From a virus: a DNA stretch of 64,000 bases. Position numbers and translations under genes: made by a program. The notes under the pieces are model-generated. The model searched no databases and had not been told where the DNA came from. It was given only the letters and a program-made list of their open reading frames with translations. Below, in pieces: positions 20,501-29,364 of the stretch; position 1 is the first letter of the stretch, and each line of letters begins with the position of its first letter. The stretch is from the IMG/VR virus record IMGVR_UViG_3300025018_000006, positions 1 to 64,000 of that record; one strand, given 5' to 3'.

Positions 20501-21456
20501 ATATGAGCCATATCCTTGCAAGTCTCAATAACGACAGTTGTTTCAAGTAAATCGTCAATAGTTACTGTGCCAAGATTCTCATTCCCGAGATAATCTAAAG
20601 TCATTGAAGTTCCAGATATATCTCCATCATAAAAAATAACTCCTGCCTGAGCTGAATTATAATCATTTGAATAAAAAGCTGCTACCTGAATTGAATCATA
20701 ATCTGTATCAAGATCAGATAATACTATTCTTATTTTCTTTGAAGTTACTTCATTCGGAGCAGCTCCTTGCATTTCCTGATAAGCATCATAAGTTATCATT
20801 ACAGCAGTTTCTAATACAGGAACTCCTGAAGATAAATATGACCAATCAGTATAATATCCTTCTTTAAATAATCTCCATGCAAAAAAATGAATACCTGCTT
20901 TACAATTACCGCCAGCTACTAATGAATCGAAAGTAAATGTTCCATACCCGGGATCTATTATTGGAAAGAAATTTGCAAATTTTTCTTCGATAGTTACCCT
21001 GTTATCATCTTTTACGTTAATAACTCTTGGTGGATTAAAATTGTCTGTCCAATAGATTCTCTGCACCTTATCATTTTCGTAAAACCCGAATATTGCTCTT
21101 ATTGGATGATCAAGGCTTAAGTTTAATTCAGTGTTAGATCCTTCCCATCTATTTTCCAAAGAAGTGAAATCACCAGTTTCATCATATAAAGCTTCGTAAA
21201 TAACTACATAATCTTCAACTATATTAAGAACAATTAAAAAAAGTCTTTCTCTGATCCAACAATTAGCCATTATATTATCGTTTGGATCTAATTCAAAAAT
21301 TAAACTCGTTCCATTAAGATTGGCCCACACATGACTTCCATCTTCAAGATCAGTAATAATACCATTACGATTATCACGCATAGTATTTACCGGCTGATTG
21401 AATGGATTGAAATCTAAATGCAATCCTTCACTGACTTTATTTTTGATTGGTTCCAT
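17581..21456 (-). CDS. Tail stabilisation/muzzle protein (crAss-like, P22 gp10-like)
   Basis: 1291 aa, beta-rich; IYWTDNFNPPRVIN, YPRGETVRLG, IYGGDTY and YGSIT motifs; located downstream of the ring proteins. Confidence 0.7.
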   Translation of the reverse strand: MEPIKNKVSEGLHLDFNPFNQPVNTMRDNRNGIITDLEDGSHVWANLNGTSLIFELDPNDNIMANCWIRERLFLIVLNIVEDYVVIYEALYDETGDFTSLENRWEGSNTELNLSLDHPIRAIFGFYENDKVQRIYWTDNFNPPRVINVKDDNRVTIEEKFANFFPIIDPGYGTFTFDSLVAGGNCKAGIHFFAWRLFKEGYYTDWSYLSSGVPVLETAVMITYDAYQEMQGAAPNEVTSKKIRIVLSDLDTDYDSIQVAAFYSNDYNSAQAGVIFYDGDISGTSMTLDYLGNENLGTVTIDDLLETTVVIETCKDMAHIKKRNIFANIKEREEIDVSGVHSEGKNNEMEVTMEPIRHGLMLDSTGYPGNSWSTGNKALSAIKNGMTEMASVGDLYPFIYYKAVTECTFDDGAMGTRTIPAGNIFKLEMVLDVVDLTTGSAKPITFKSKYRPASAGAFDLNTNVSETKEIYNDYYNFKNPYFVNNFRGYPRGETVRLGVTFFDKTGRPFFTRHLYNTETSFGGLYNIGPGDFTSSPPGDGSTYGGLSQTHYAIWESLVSDIPKAIVGSSLGIRVSGIDITDIKDKIGGFSIVRAPIERQRVAYGVLNGMIAEGASSNDIKVKAPFRNVDSDADLYDKGYSFWCPEDMFNFTGFSIQPGDKIRNEYYLTPCVADESEQVNFNGMGREESDSYCLYQKFLYYTDDTGAGTNGELLEEHEVSVYTKYQIGDASAVDGIVIDPSNANKLFFDETTFAGLRSHATRQGIIIFDELEASGTNIKGKHNLSWSNPQLLMCSVFRENSNPYGGLGDSALANTLYIGTGHYQEINDDVLNDIYDGANYIFNDIDIYGGDTYVCMFDFMHMLKNEDRLGVYSGFNHSVIVPIETRINLDYREGDHIAKNRSYDTSNTDGMRRNSTKGHNWDDFNYNDGYSSDNIDDYYLALPYNFRLENKFDARMRYSAAKSYGELEDNFRKFSALNYMDVSTEYGSITNIKSKFSKVIYWQRDAVGYIPINERALSTNQFGDPVQLGVGGIFERYDEMIDKLGNSNQFGLVESNAGFHWYDAVRKVFVSIANNLQFSHDSIAKGLDSFFVNDIPNNMDQYDFTSPNINFGIVGGFDIRNKLIFVTFRMPGELFETICYNIKKNKFIGFFDFKVRRYFNWKDYLYSIDDNLNNIHQHGIGSPGMYHGVFYNQYFEIIVKEQSNLPIIYDNFEFISSQDTFKQLVYEDQLGASVSDLINNSRNIKFRNKRYYGNFPRIERERLSGGYIKMKFINYSTTSIWFEELKTYFRKMI

Positions 21457-22139
21457 TAATATTGAGTCTTTTCAAAAGGTGTCTCTTTTCCATCTTCTGC
21501 CCTGGCACTTCTTACAGCTATTGAATAATCTCTTTTTAAATCTTCAATAGTAGCTAAATGACCTTGACGTAACATTTTATCACTTTTAAATAATTTCCAA
21601 CGAAACTTCCGAGCATACATATATTGAATGTATTTTGATATTGCATCAATATGAGATTCATTGACTTTCCAAAATCCTTTCTCATCAGTTTCAATATAAT
21701 TGTAAACAAGTGTCAATTCCTGATTTTCATACTCTTTTATTAAATGAAGTTCATCAGTAATTTCTTCATAAATTATTGGACTTACCCATGTAGTATTTAA
21801 AGGAATCCACAGATAAGATAAATCACGACCATATACATCTGCACCAATAATATCTTCTTCCTGAATAACCGGAGTTGTAATATCGCGATATTGAGTATTA
21901 CATTCATCTTCATGATCACCCGGGAACATTCCTATAACGCGATAACAATCCTCTGGTAATATAATTTTACATCCGGTAACAGTAAATAGCTTAGATTTGA
22001 CTTTATAGCCATTTAATGATCCAATCTCTCTCTCAATATACTTTGCCCACTTGAGCATCTGATTAGGATACCTACCAAGAACTTCATCAGTTTCCTCGAT
22101 GGCATTAATCATTGCTTGTCTTATAGATAGTCTTTTCAT
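21456..22139 (-). CDS. Tail tubular/ring protein
   Basis: 227 aa, immediately upstream of the muzzle gene; 'ILPEDCYRVI' motif typical of ring/tubular proteins. Confidence 0.55.
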   Translation of the reverse strand: MKRLSIRQAMINAIEETDEVLGRYPNQMLKWAKYIEREIGSLNGYKVKSKLFTVTGCKIILPEDCYRVIGMFPGDHEDECNTQYRDITTPVIQEEDIIGADVYGRDLSYLWIPLNTTWVSPIIYEEITDELHLIKEYENQELTLVYNYIETDEKGFWKVNESHIDAISKYIQYMYARKFRWKLFKSDKMLRQGHLATIEDLKRDYSIAVRSARAEDGKETPFEKTQY

Positions 22140-22522
22140 GATTTATTAAGTTCGTAAACGGTATCTGAATCTAAAATATATCCTAATTTTCTAATTATTT
22201 TCTGATTTGGATAAAAATAAAAATGATCAGGAAACTTCTTACCTGTAAATTTAAGTGTAAACATAGGTCCAAACAACCTATTACTTAAAAAATATCTTTT
22301 CTTTTCATCTTCACTTAATCCTCTCACCGGTTCTTTATGCAGGGCAAACATTCCAACTGTTCGTATTTTAATAGGATAACCATTAATAGCTGCTCTAATC
22401 ATCCAATAAATATATATCCAAATAACTAACCTAAATTCTTTTGCTGTCCAGGTAATTTTATCTGGCTTATTACTGAGCTTTTTCTCGCATCTATCTTTGA
22501 TTTCTTTGAACTCCCTGCTCAT
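22136..22522 (-). CDS. IHF/HU-like DNA-binding protein
   Basis: Basic 128 aa with 'AAINGYPIKIRTVGMFAL' (HU/IHF beta-arm pattern); crAss-like phages carry IHF-like genes between ring genes. Confidence 0.5.
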   Translation of the reverse strand: MSREFKEIKDRCEKKLSNKPDKITWTAKEFRLVIWIYIYWMIRAAINGYPIKIRTVGMFALHKEPVRGLSEDEKKRYFLSNRLFGPMFTLKFTGKKFPDHFYFYPNQKIIRKLGYILDSDTVYELNKS

Positions 22523-23186
22523 TTTTCATTAATTTAAAATCTCTTTGTGAATCATTTACAACATCCATAATAGCATTTTCACTAATTTGAAGATCTTTAG
22601 TGAGTAGATCAATTACAGCTTTTTGAGCTAAAATAGGATCAAGAGGATATTGATCTGCAAAAGTCATATCTCTTAAAACTCCACCATCATTTATCTTGAT
22701 ATCCATTGGATTATCTGCAATTATTATTGCTGATCCTTCCATTATATAAGGAGTGATATATACTGCATTTCCAACTCTTGAATAATAACCATAACCTTCA
22801 TTTTTTTCTTCTCCTATTTCAGATTTCATCATTAACCGGTTAAAGTCGCAAGGTTCAAATTGCATAATAGCCGATGACCCGGCAAGACGATAAAGACCAA
22901 TATCATCTGGTAAATTTACTAAAGATGGAAGGATAGCCTTTCCAAGATCAATACTGTTGTAAGTTATATTAGGATCATCAGCAGCACTTGTTTTTTCAAA
23001 AGCAAATTTATATACTCTCTGAAGCCAAGATGGATCAATCTGATTAGTCATAGAGTATTCGCTAGAAATATGGAATGCCCGATAACGATTCATTTTATGA
23101 AGTATCCACATTTCTTCAATATCAGAATCATCTTCAATAGCTCCCTTGATTTCTAAAATATCGTATATTATTTCTTCGAAGGTCAT
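22491..23186 (-). CDS. Ring/neck structural protein
   Basis: 231 aa; MTFEEIIYDILE N-terminus and YP..DVVND C-terminus resemble crAss ring proteins. Confidence 0.55.
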   Translation of the reverse strand: MTFEEIIYDILEIKGAIEDDSDIEEMWILHKMNRYRAFHISSEYSMTNQIDPSWLQRVYKFAFEKTSAADDPNITYNSIDLGKAILPSLVNLPDDIGLYRLAGSSAIMQFEPCDFNRLMMKSEIGEEKNEGYGYYSRVGNAVYITPYIMEGSAIIIADNPMDIKINDGGVLRDMTFADQYPLDPILAQKAVIDLLTKDLQISENAIMDVVNDSQRDFKLMKNEQGVQRNQR

Positions 23187-23932
23187 AATGCTAAAATTAA
23201 AACTATTATTATTCCAATTGCTGTCATTGTTTTATAAACAATAAGCCTACGCTTCAACTGTTTATTATTATCCTTATAAATATCTTCTTTTTTAGCATAA
23301 TTTTCAATTATTTTCTCACTATTCATGCTTTTATTTTGATAAATCATCATACTTGATTGAAGACTGTTGTAAATAGAATCTTTAACCGAAACTATTTGTT
23401 CACAATTTGCAAGTTGAGAGTTCATAGTATCTATTAAAAATTCATAAACTTTATTCTCTTCATATGATTTACGGATACCTTTCACCTGAGGTTCATTAAA
23501 TGGAAATTTTAATTCTCCTGAATATGGATAAGCTGTATCTTTTAAAAATTCATAACTTTTCTCAGTAGGTATTTTCAGTAACCATGTTGGTATATCAGCT
23601 AATTTTTTTTTCAAATTCTTATTTTCAATAGCTAATGTCTTTTTTTCAAACAATAATGAATCTAATGATTTTTTATAAGTATTACGTAAATCTTGTTCTG
23701 CTAAAAGTTTTTCAGTTAATTCTTTATTGTCTTTTAGAAGAATATCATTACGAACATTTAATCCGGTAATCCTTTCAACCATATTATTCATCTTATTACT
23801 GTCAATACCATTTTGAATAGCAGATATAATAAACATTAAAACTAACACAATTATACCAATGGTTTTAATTCGACTAAGATTTGAATTAATCCAATCAAGA
23901 CCTTTACCTATATTTATGTTTAATCTATTCAT
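23183..23932 (-). CDS. Membrane-anchored coiled-coil protein (spanin-like)
   Basis: N-terminal TM segment, long coiled coil and C-terminal TM segment. Confidence 0.4.
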   Translation of the reverse strand: MNRLNINIGKGLDWINSNLSRIKTIGIIVLVLMFIISAIQNGIDSNKMNNMVERITGLNVRNDILLKDNKELTEKLLAEQDLRNTYKKSLDSLLFEKKTLAIENKNLKKKLADIPTWLLKIPTEKSYEFLKDTAYPYSGELKFPFNEPQVKGIRKSYEENKVYEFLIDTMNSQLANCEQIVSVKDSIYNSLQSSMMIYQNKSMNSEKIIENYAKKEDIYKDNNKQLKRRLIVYKTMTAIGIIIVLILAL

Positions 23933-24016
23933 ATCGTTTTAATTTAATACTTTCTCATGAAAGTGATGTATAATCCGAGTATTGCTAATAACCATATCAT
24001 AGTTTTAAGTTTTTAA

Positions 24017-24373
24017 TTATAAATCGTCAAATTCCATTTTATTAAACCAGCAGTCTGTTGTAGCTGTAATAGCAATTGAAAATTCCTCAATCCAATTATT
24101 CTCATCAAAAAACACAGGTATTTTTAAATATGTATAATCTGCTAATGTATATCGTGTTGCTGCTGAACCAGTAAACCCATAAGCATAATTTCTTTGTATG
24201 TAAACATCAAATGTTCCTTTTGCGTACATTCTTAAATACTTTTTCCCACTTTTTCTTAATCGTATATTTGGCGATATTGTTCCTTTAACTTTATATGAAT
24301 CAAAAACACCCATAATATCAGTGATTGAATTTTCTACTATTGCAACATAGGGATTATCTATTCTTATACTCAT
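24017..24373 (-). CDS. Hypothetical protein
   Basis: 118-aa ORF whose ATG overlaps the upstream TGA. Confidence 0.5.
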   Translation of the reverse strand: MSIRIDNPYVAIVENSITDIMGVFDSYKVKGTISPNIRLRKSGKKYLRMYAKGTFDVYIQRNYAYGFTGSAATRYTLADYTYLKIPVFFDENNWIEEFSIAITATTDCWFNKMEFDDL

Positions 24374-24696
24374 TGCCCCAGACTTTCACGCCAAAAAATA
24401 ACGACATCACCGGGCTTAGGATTAAAAATACGTTCTCCAATATTTAGCCAGCTTCTGGCATCCAGAGCATTACTCATTGAGCAGCCTACCTGAAAGGCCA
24501 CCCAGTTAATAAAGCAGCTGCACCATGAAGTTTCATCATCTTTAATCCATTCAAATCCAATATCTTTGAACATTTGAACGATAATTGGATTGTGCTTATC
24601 TCCTACGATTTCCTGCAAACCTATATATTGAGATGCAAATCTAATCATTGCCTCTGGAGGTAGTAATTTCCTGGTATTGTATTGAAGAGCGTTCAT
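24370..24696 (-). pseudogene. Truncated TIGR02594-type NlpC/P60 (CHAP-like) peptidoglycan hydrolase
   Basis: DDETSWCSCF...ARSW...PGDVVIFWR then an early stop; lacks the GHVG catalytic His region present in the paralogue at 30264-30794. Confidence 0.7.
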
Positions 24697-24699
24697 AGT

Positions 24700-25296
24700 T
24701 TATTTAATTTTTATACTGTTTAACAGATTCAAAATATTATTATGCTCTGCGTTTACAATAGCTTTCTGCTCTGCGTTAAGCGATGTTTTGTTTATAAAGT
24801 TCACACTTATGAAAGCTTCTTCCTCTCCGTTTAGCTGCCTTATAATAAATAAATAAACACTTTTATGACCATACCTTTTAGCATCCACCTTGAACTTTTC
24901 ATCGCTGCAATAATCAATGTCAGAAACAAAAAATTCACCCATATACATTAATTGGCTCATAGCATCTGAATACCTCTCGATAAGTACCCCTGTGCATTCG
25001 TCTTGTATGGATTTAGTCCTGTTCGGATTATAGAGTTCGTTAACACAAGTAAATCGGTTCATGTCGAATTTATTCCGGTAGTGTCCACCGTTATGAAATC
25101 TGAACAGGCTTACATTATCAGCCTTCAACTCTGTTTTTATAGAGAAAAGGATCTTGTTAATGTTCCTCGAAAGGATCGCATTGTCAAGGATTGACATTTT
25201 TTTTGTAAGTGCCTTTGCACTTTTAGTTTTGTGAAAATATATCAATCCTACGGTTAACAGGACTATTATTATCAGTTGAAGGTACATAATTGTCAT
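24700..25296 (-). CDS. Membrane protein with N-terminal TM and GAF-like domain (T4 holin T-like architecture, tentative)
   Basis: TM followed by 'ELKADNVSLFRFHNGG...YGHKSVYLFII...FISVNF'; adjacent to an endolysin-like gene. Confidence 0.45.
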   Translation of the reverse strand: MTIMYLQLIIIVLLTVGLIYFHKTKSAKALTKKMSILDNAILSRNINKILFSIKTELKADNVSLFRFHNGGHYRNKFDMNRFTCVNELYNPNRTKSIQDECTGVLIERYSDAMSQLMYMGEFFVSDIDYCSDEKFKVDAKRYGHKSVYLFIIRQLNGEEEAFISVNFINKTSLNAEQKAIVNAEHNNILNLLNSIKIK

Positions 25297-25730
25297 TAGT
25301 TATTATTTTTTGCGAACCCCAATTTTAATGGAGTCAAGTTTTTTTTTTCGATTAACTGTACTTCGTATCTCTCCTGATACCATTCTCTCCATTCATTAAT
25401 AGCTTTTAAAGCTTCTCCCGACTTATCCTGCTTGATTAATATATCAATCTCTTTTTGAATAAGAGAATACCTGTCCTTATCGTTTACCTCTGAACTTTGC
25501 ACAATGACAATCATACTGTCCATTCTGCATTCCATTCGATTAAAGGAGCCTTTCAATCCACCCACTTCGGTTTCGGTGTACTGCCTCAGCTCTTTCACCT
25601 CTTTGAGTATTACCTCATCAGTAACCTTCCCTGAGCCATCCTTCTGACCAGCTTTGTAGATGATTGTCCCTACCGTAATGATAACAGGGATAGAGACGTA
25701 GGATAGTATTTTTATTAGAGATTGATTCAT
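25296..25730 (-). CDS. Membrane-anchored coiled-coil hypothetical protein
   Basis: N-terminal TM, helical body; coupled to its neighbours. Confidence 0.5.
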   Translation of the reverse strand: MNQSLIKILSYVSIPVIITVGTIIYKAGQKDGSGKVTDEVILKEVKELRQYTETEVGGLKGSFNRMECRMDSMIVIVQSSEVNDKDRYSLIQKEIDILIKQDKSGEALKAINEWREWYQERYEVQLIEKKNLTPLKLGFAKNNN

Positions 25731-25958
25731 TTATTCTTTTGCTTTAATCTTAAAAAATCCCATAAACAATCCTTCAAGCAAACTATCCTTAGCCATAAGA
25801 AACACCCAGCCTAAAAGCATCGTTCCAACCATTTCGAGCCATGAAAAATCAATGTTCGTGTCTGGAATTCTGTTTGCTACTAACATGGCTATTGCGGTTA
25901 GCATTAGTAACGTACCAATTATGGTAGTGATAATGTTTCTAATTAATCTTGTTTTCAT
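25731..25958 (-). CDS. Small two-TM holin-like protein
   Basis: 75 aa, two hydrophobic helices and a basic C-terminus. Confidence 0.45.
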   Translation of the reverse strand: MKTRLIRNIITTIIGTLLMLTAIAMLVANRIPDTNIDFSWLEMVGTMLLGWVFLMAKDSLLEGLFMGFFKIKAKE

Positions 25959-26034
25959 GATTTTAAATTTTAATTGTTTCTGTATAATAATTTAAAAGTC
26001 TTAGTATAAGATATTTTTCTATGTTTTTCATCGC

Positions 26035-26640
26035 TTATAATTTCCTCCATCCAGCAGGATAAGTTGCCGGACTCCAAACATTATTATCAATTAAACTTTC
26101 ATAAGTGTTCTCATTAAACAGAACCTTATCTCCTTTCATATACGGATTAGTTGAGCCAGGTTGTACCCATTCTTCAATCACATCTGATTTTACTTTTTTC
26201 CATAATGCCAATACCATATCAGGCTCCCAACCTATCTGAGTGATATGGCTTTGCAGACATTCATAATCTATTTCATTGTATGTTCTTACCTGACCTGCTT
26301 TCAGAACCTCGTTGCCCATCCATTCAAGCCCAGCCACATCTTCTCTGGTAACTGATCTGTAATAGTCATTCGTATAACTTACTACTTGCGATAAGTCATC
26401 CTGCAATGTAGATGCTTCCTCAATACTATATACTGTATCTGGCTCTCCCTTATCGGTAATCGGCGATGTTATCGCTGATTTAATCTTTTGCTCATCCGGT
26501 TCTCCTTTCATTACTACCGTATCAGAAGTATAACTAATGCCATCATCATCTATTTGTATGCCATGATTAAAATGATAGTACCACCTGTCTGTACCAAGAT
26601 TTTGAAAAACCGGGATCTCTATGTCAGAATGTGTTTTCAT
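26035..26640 (-). CDS. Tail-associated protein with two CBM5/12-like carbohydrate-binding modules
   Basis: YECLQSH....WEP...ALW and WVQP...Y.KGDKV.FN...YESLIDNNVWSP..YPAGW repeats. Confidence 0.7.
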   Translation of the reverse strand: MKTHSDIEIPVFQNLGTDRWYYHFNHGIQIDDDGISYTSDTVVMKGEPDEQKIKSAITSPITDKGEPDTVYSIEEASTLQDDLSQVVSYTNDYYRSVTREDVAGLEWMGNEVLKAGQVRTYNEIDYECLQSHITQIGWEPDMVLALWKKVKSDVIEEWVQPGSTNPYMKGDKVLFNENTYESLIDNNVWSPATYPAGWRKL

Positions 26641-26685
26641 GTGAACTCAAAGTATTCGTTATTTTTTTGTATAATAGTAATGGTG

Positions 26686-28005
26686 CTACGCACCCAAAAA
26701 GCAAATCCGAGACCCGACATTCGCAGCCGCAGTCGAGGCCGAAGTATACGAATACGAACAGGCGAAACCCGCAAGACCGCCAAAATACGCAGGACCGCCA
26801 GCGAGAAGAGCCCGAAAAAACGAGCTACTACCTGAATACCCGGTATTAAAATAATCAGAAAAGAATGTACTTGAACCTGCCCCAGATTTTCCAGCTGCTA
26901 CAGCTATTCTATCATTTACTGACTGTTCACTTATATATCCACTCGATTGTGATAAGTCCGCAGCTTCTCTTGTATTATCAAGCGTGTCATCAGCGAAATT
27001 AGCAGGATTATCAATGATATATGCTTTGAAAGTTCCAGCAATATGATCATTATAAATATTGATACCTTCTCTACACTCCCATATATGCCCGAACGGTTGC
27101 TCAATGCCACGATACTTATTCACCTTAACAGTAATATCACCACCTGTCCATCCACTAACAACATAATCTACCTCACCAGTACCGTTACCAAGCGCATTTG
27201 CCACTCCGTTATTAACAAAAGGATAATAAACTGAAAAAGTATTCCAATCACCAACACTCACAGTCGTTACTCCATCCCCGAGCCCTCCTTGTCGATAGCC
27301 TTCTACTGTTAGCGTAGCATTAACAGCTTTTTGTGAATTACGTGTAGCGTGTTCAACAATGAATAATCTATATATAACACTTGCTTGTACTTGCGGAAGT
27401 TGATACCAACCAGACCCTCTATTAGCTGCATAAGTCCTGAAATTTGTTCTGTTAATATAAGTAGCTGGTTTTCCAAGTAATGAATTATCAGCAGCATCCC
27501 AAGCTGCATTGTTATTACCACCACGCCAATCTGTTGAGAAATTAACAACTGAACCTAATTTGTTATTAGTACGATTAAGAGATGCTTTATAAGCACCGTG
27601 ATAAAACTTATTAACTTTTGTTGCATCTGGGAAATTAGTAAGAGAGACGGCTACATACTTATATCCATCACTAATCCACTCCCTATAATAATGCTCTGGA
27701 ATCTCAACCATCACCTGTCCATCTGCCCCATCAAGCACACTTGCAGTAACACCATCTTCTTTTAATGACCAATTTTCTGAATCAAGATAATAATTAACTG
27801 TTCCGTCATCGTTGAGTAAACATCCTCTCATTAGTGATTGAACGGGTAAAGAAGCATGAAGAGTCATATTATAATCTGTAGAAGCTATTCGCTCGCCATC
27901 TGGATCGGATTGAGTTGTTGTAAATCTTACACCGTACCAACCCCCTCCTCTGCGGTTGGTACCTTCATCCAAATTAAATATTGTATTTCTTATTGTACTA
28001 TTCAT
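26686..28005 (-). CDS. Tail fibre/receptor-binding protein with C-terminal CLec-like (DGR target-type) domain
   Basis: GQVMVEIP, YRGIEQPFGHIWE and C-terminal GG.A..G..AGF....S....A.ANVGSRICF motif. Confidence 0.75.
   Translation of the reverse strand: MNSTIRNTIFNLDEGTNRRGGGWYGVRFTTTQSDPDGERIASTDYNMTLHASLPVQSLMRGCLLNDDGTVNYYLDSENWSLKEDGVTASVLDGADGQVMVEIPEHYYREWISDGYKYVAVSLTNFPDATKVNKFYHGAYKASLNRTNNKLGSVVNFSTDWRGGNNNAAWDAADNSLLGKPATYINRTNFRTYAANRGSGWYQLPQVQASVIYRLFIVEHATRNSQKAVNATLTVEGYRQGGLGDGVTTVSVGDWNTFSVYYPFVNNGVANALGNGTGEVDYVVSGWTGGDITVKVNKYRGIEQPFGHIWECREGINIYNDHIAGTFKAYIIDNPANFADDTLDNTREAADLSQSSGYISEQSVNDRIAVAAGKSGAGSSTFFSDYFNTGYSGSSSFFRALLAGGPAYFGGLAGFACSYSYTSASTAAANVGSRICFLGA
26689..26830 (-). 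repeat. Putative DGR variable repeat (VR)
   Basis: Abrupt GC-rich, A-poor segment on the coding strand; fixed TCG/GCG/GGC codons alternate with NNT codons (cct, tat, ttt, ctt, tgt, tat, act, gct, aat). Confidence 0.7.
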
Positions 28006-28009
28006 GATA

Positions 28010-28441
28010 TTAAGCTAAAACTGTTATTGAATAAAAAGCATCTTCTCCATCATAATAAAAAACAACCTTATTCACAACATTTTCAGTATTATCATAATCA
28101 TCACTCGATGAACTCTTGGTAAAAGCTGCATCAAATACTGGATCATGAGATCCATCACCAACAAACCTTATCTCTGCTGCTCCACCAATGATCTTTTCAG
28201 ACTTTAGCGTTACATCAACATCTGTTATCACAGAATAGTTATTGTAATGAGTAAGATCATTCGATAAATCAATCTCTCCGGTAAAGGTTTGATTTACAAT
28301 TTTTCCATCAAGATTAAATTCAGTTTCATTTTTATAGATAAACAATCGTTTACCTTCAAGGCCAAATCTTATATTTAAAAGATTTCCTATAAATTCAATG
28401 AAAGACTGTTCACGATTACTTCCAAACCTTGGATTTTTCAT
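28010..28441 (-). CDS. Putative tail-fibre-associated protein
   Basis: 143 aa, beta-rich, ends 'VVFYYDGEDAFYSI' like short tail-fibre C-terminal domains. Confidence 0.45.
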   Translation of the reverse strand: MKNPRFGSNREQSFIEFIGNLLNIRFGLEGKRLFIYKNETEFNLDGKIVNQTFTGEIDLSNDLTHYNNYSVITDVDVTLKSEKIIGGAAEIRFVGDGSHDPVFDAAFTKSSSSDDYDNTENVVNKVVFYYDGEDAFYSITVLA

Positions 28442-28445
28442 AATT

Positions 28446-28762
28446 TTAAGTTTTATTATTTTCAGTTTTCTTTTCAGTTGCTAAAGCTATAAGCTCTTTA
28501 ATTTCCTCAACCTTAGCCATCTGCTTAGGTGCAAATATCATTATTCCAAGTAATGCATTAAACACCAACCATACGGCACTAATTCCCATCATCATTGATA
28601 TTGCATTTGTTTCAGTCTTTAAAACAAAGGCAAATACTCCTAGTAAAGGTAGTGAAAGAGCATTAAACCACATAAAAAATTTCAATAATAAATAACTAAA
28701 ATACCTTGTACTAAGGCATTCCCTTTAGCATCTGTTAAATATTTTTCAACATCAGTTTTCAT
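28446..28762 (-). pseudogene. Membrane protein with an apparent 1-nt frameshift
   Basis: ATG 28762 gives MKTDVEKYLTDAKGNALVQGILVIYY*; restoring one T near 28690 joins it to ORF 28446-28685 (..VILLLKFFMWF..). Confidence 0.5.
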
Positions 28763-28815
28763 TTCTTTAAATTTTAATTAAAACTTTTATTTTCTTTAAT
28801 AATACACTTAATAAA

Positions 28816-29343
28816 TTAAGCATCTATTATTCTATTATCTTTTAAAAATCCATTATCATTCAACTCATCTGAAAAATAGTACATCCATAACTGAAAGTAT
28901 ATTGATAAAGCATTTTTATCCTCATCGGTCAAAATCTCTCCTTCCTTTAATATTCCAATTGCAGAAACTTCATAAGGAGCATAATTAGAATATTTAATAA
29001 AAGTTCTTGCATTGTCAGTAGCTATTAGTTAAGCAAATGTTTTTTGCTGAAGAACATCACTTCCATTAAACCAAAAATCATCATCACCATCAGCTGCAAT
29101 GTAAGTAGCATTATCTGAAACAGAAAAAGTAGCTGATGTTGTTGAAGGAATTTTATTTGTTGCGAAATCTTTGTCTGTAACCGTAATAACGTCTGAACTT
29201 AAATTACTTAATAAATTATCACCATCAAAACTTCCTGTCCATAGAAAAAGAAATTTACTGAATAAATTATTTTTCAATTTAATTCTTGGTAGATAACTTC
29301 CTTCATTAAGATTGAATATTATATTTCTTATTTCTTTATTCAT
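28816..29343 (-). pseudogene. Tail-fibre-related gene interrupted by an in-frame TAA (29029-29031)
   Basis: The frame continues 70 codons past the stop (LIATDNARTFIKYSNYAPYEV...DNRIIDA*); N-terminus MNKEIRNIIFNLNEG resembles MNSTIRNTIFNLDEG of the 26686-28005 protein. Confidence 0.6.
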
Positions 29344-29364
29344 AATTTATAATATCAAATAAGA

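Noticed and set aside
23944-24000. 18-aa hydrophobic micro-ORF (MIWLLAILGLYITFMRKY)
   Set aside because: It has a plausible leader but is too short to support without conservation or ribosome-profiling data.
26488-26849. Arg-rich plus-strand ORFs over the GC-rich patch
   Set aside because: By-product of the A-poor variable repeat on the opposite strand.
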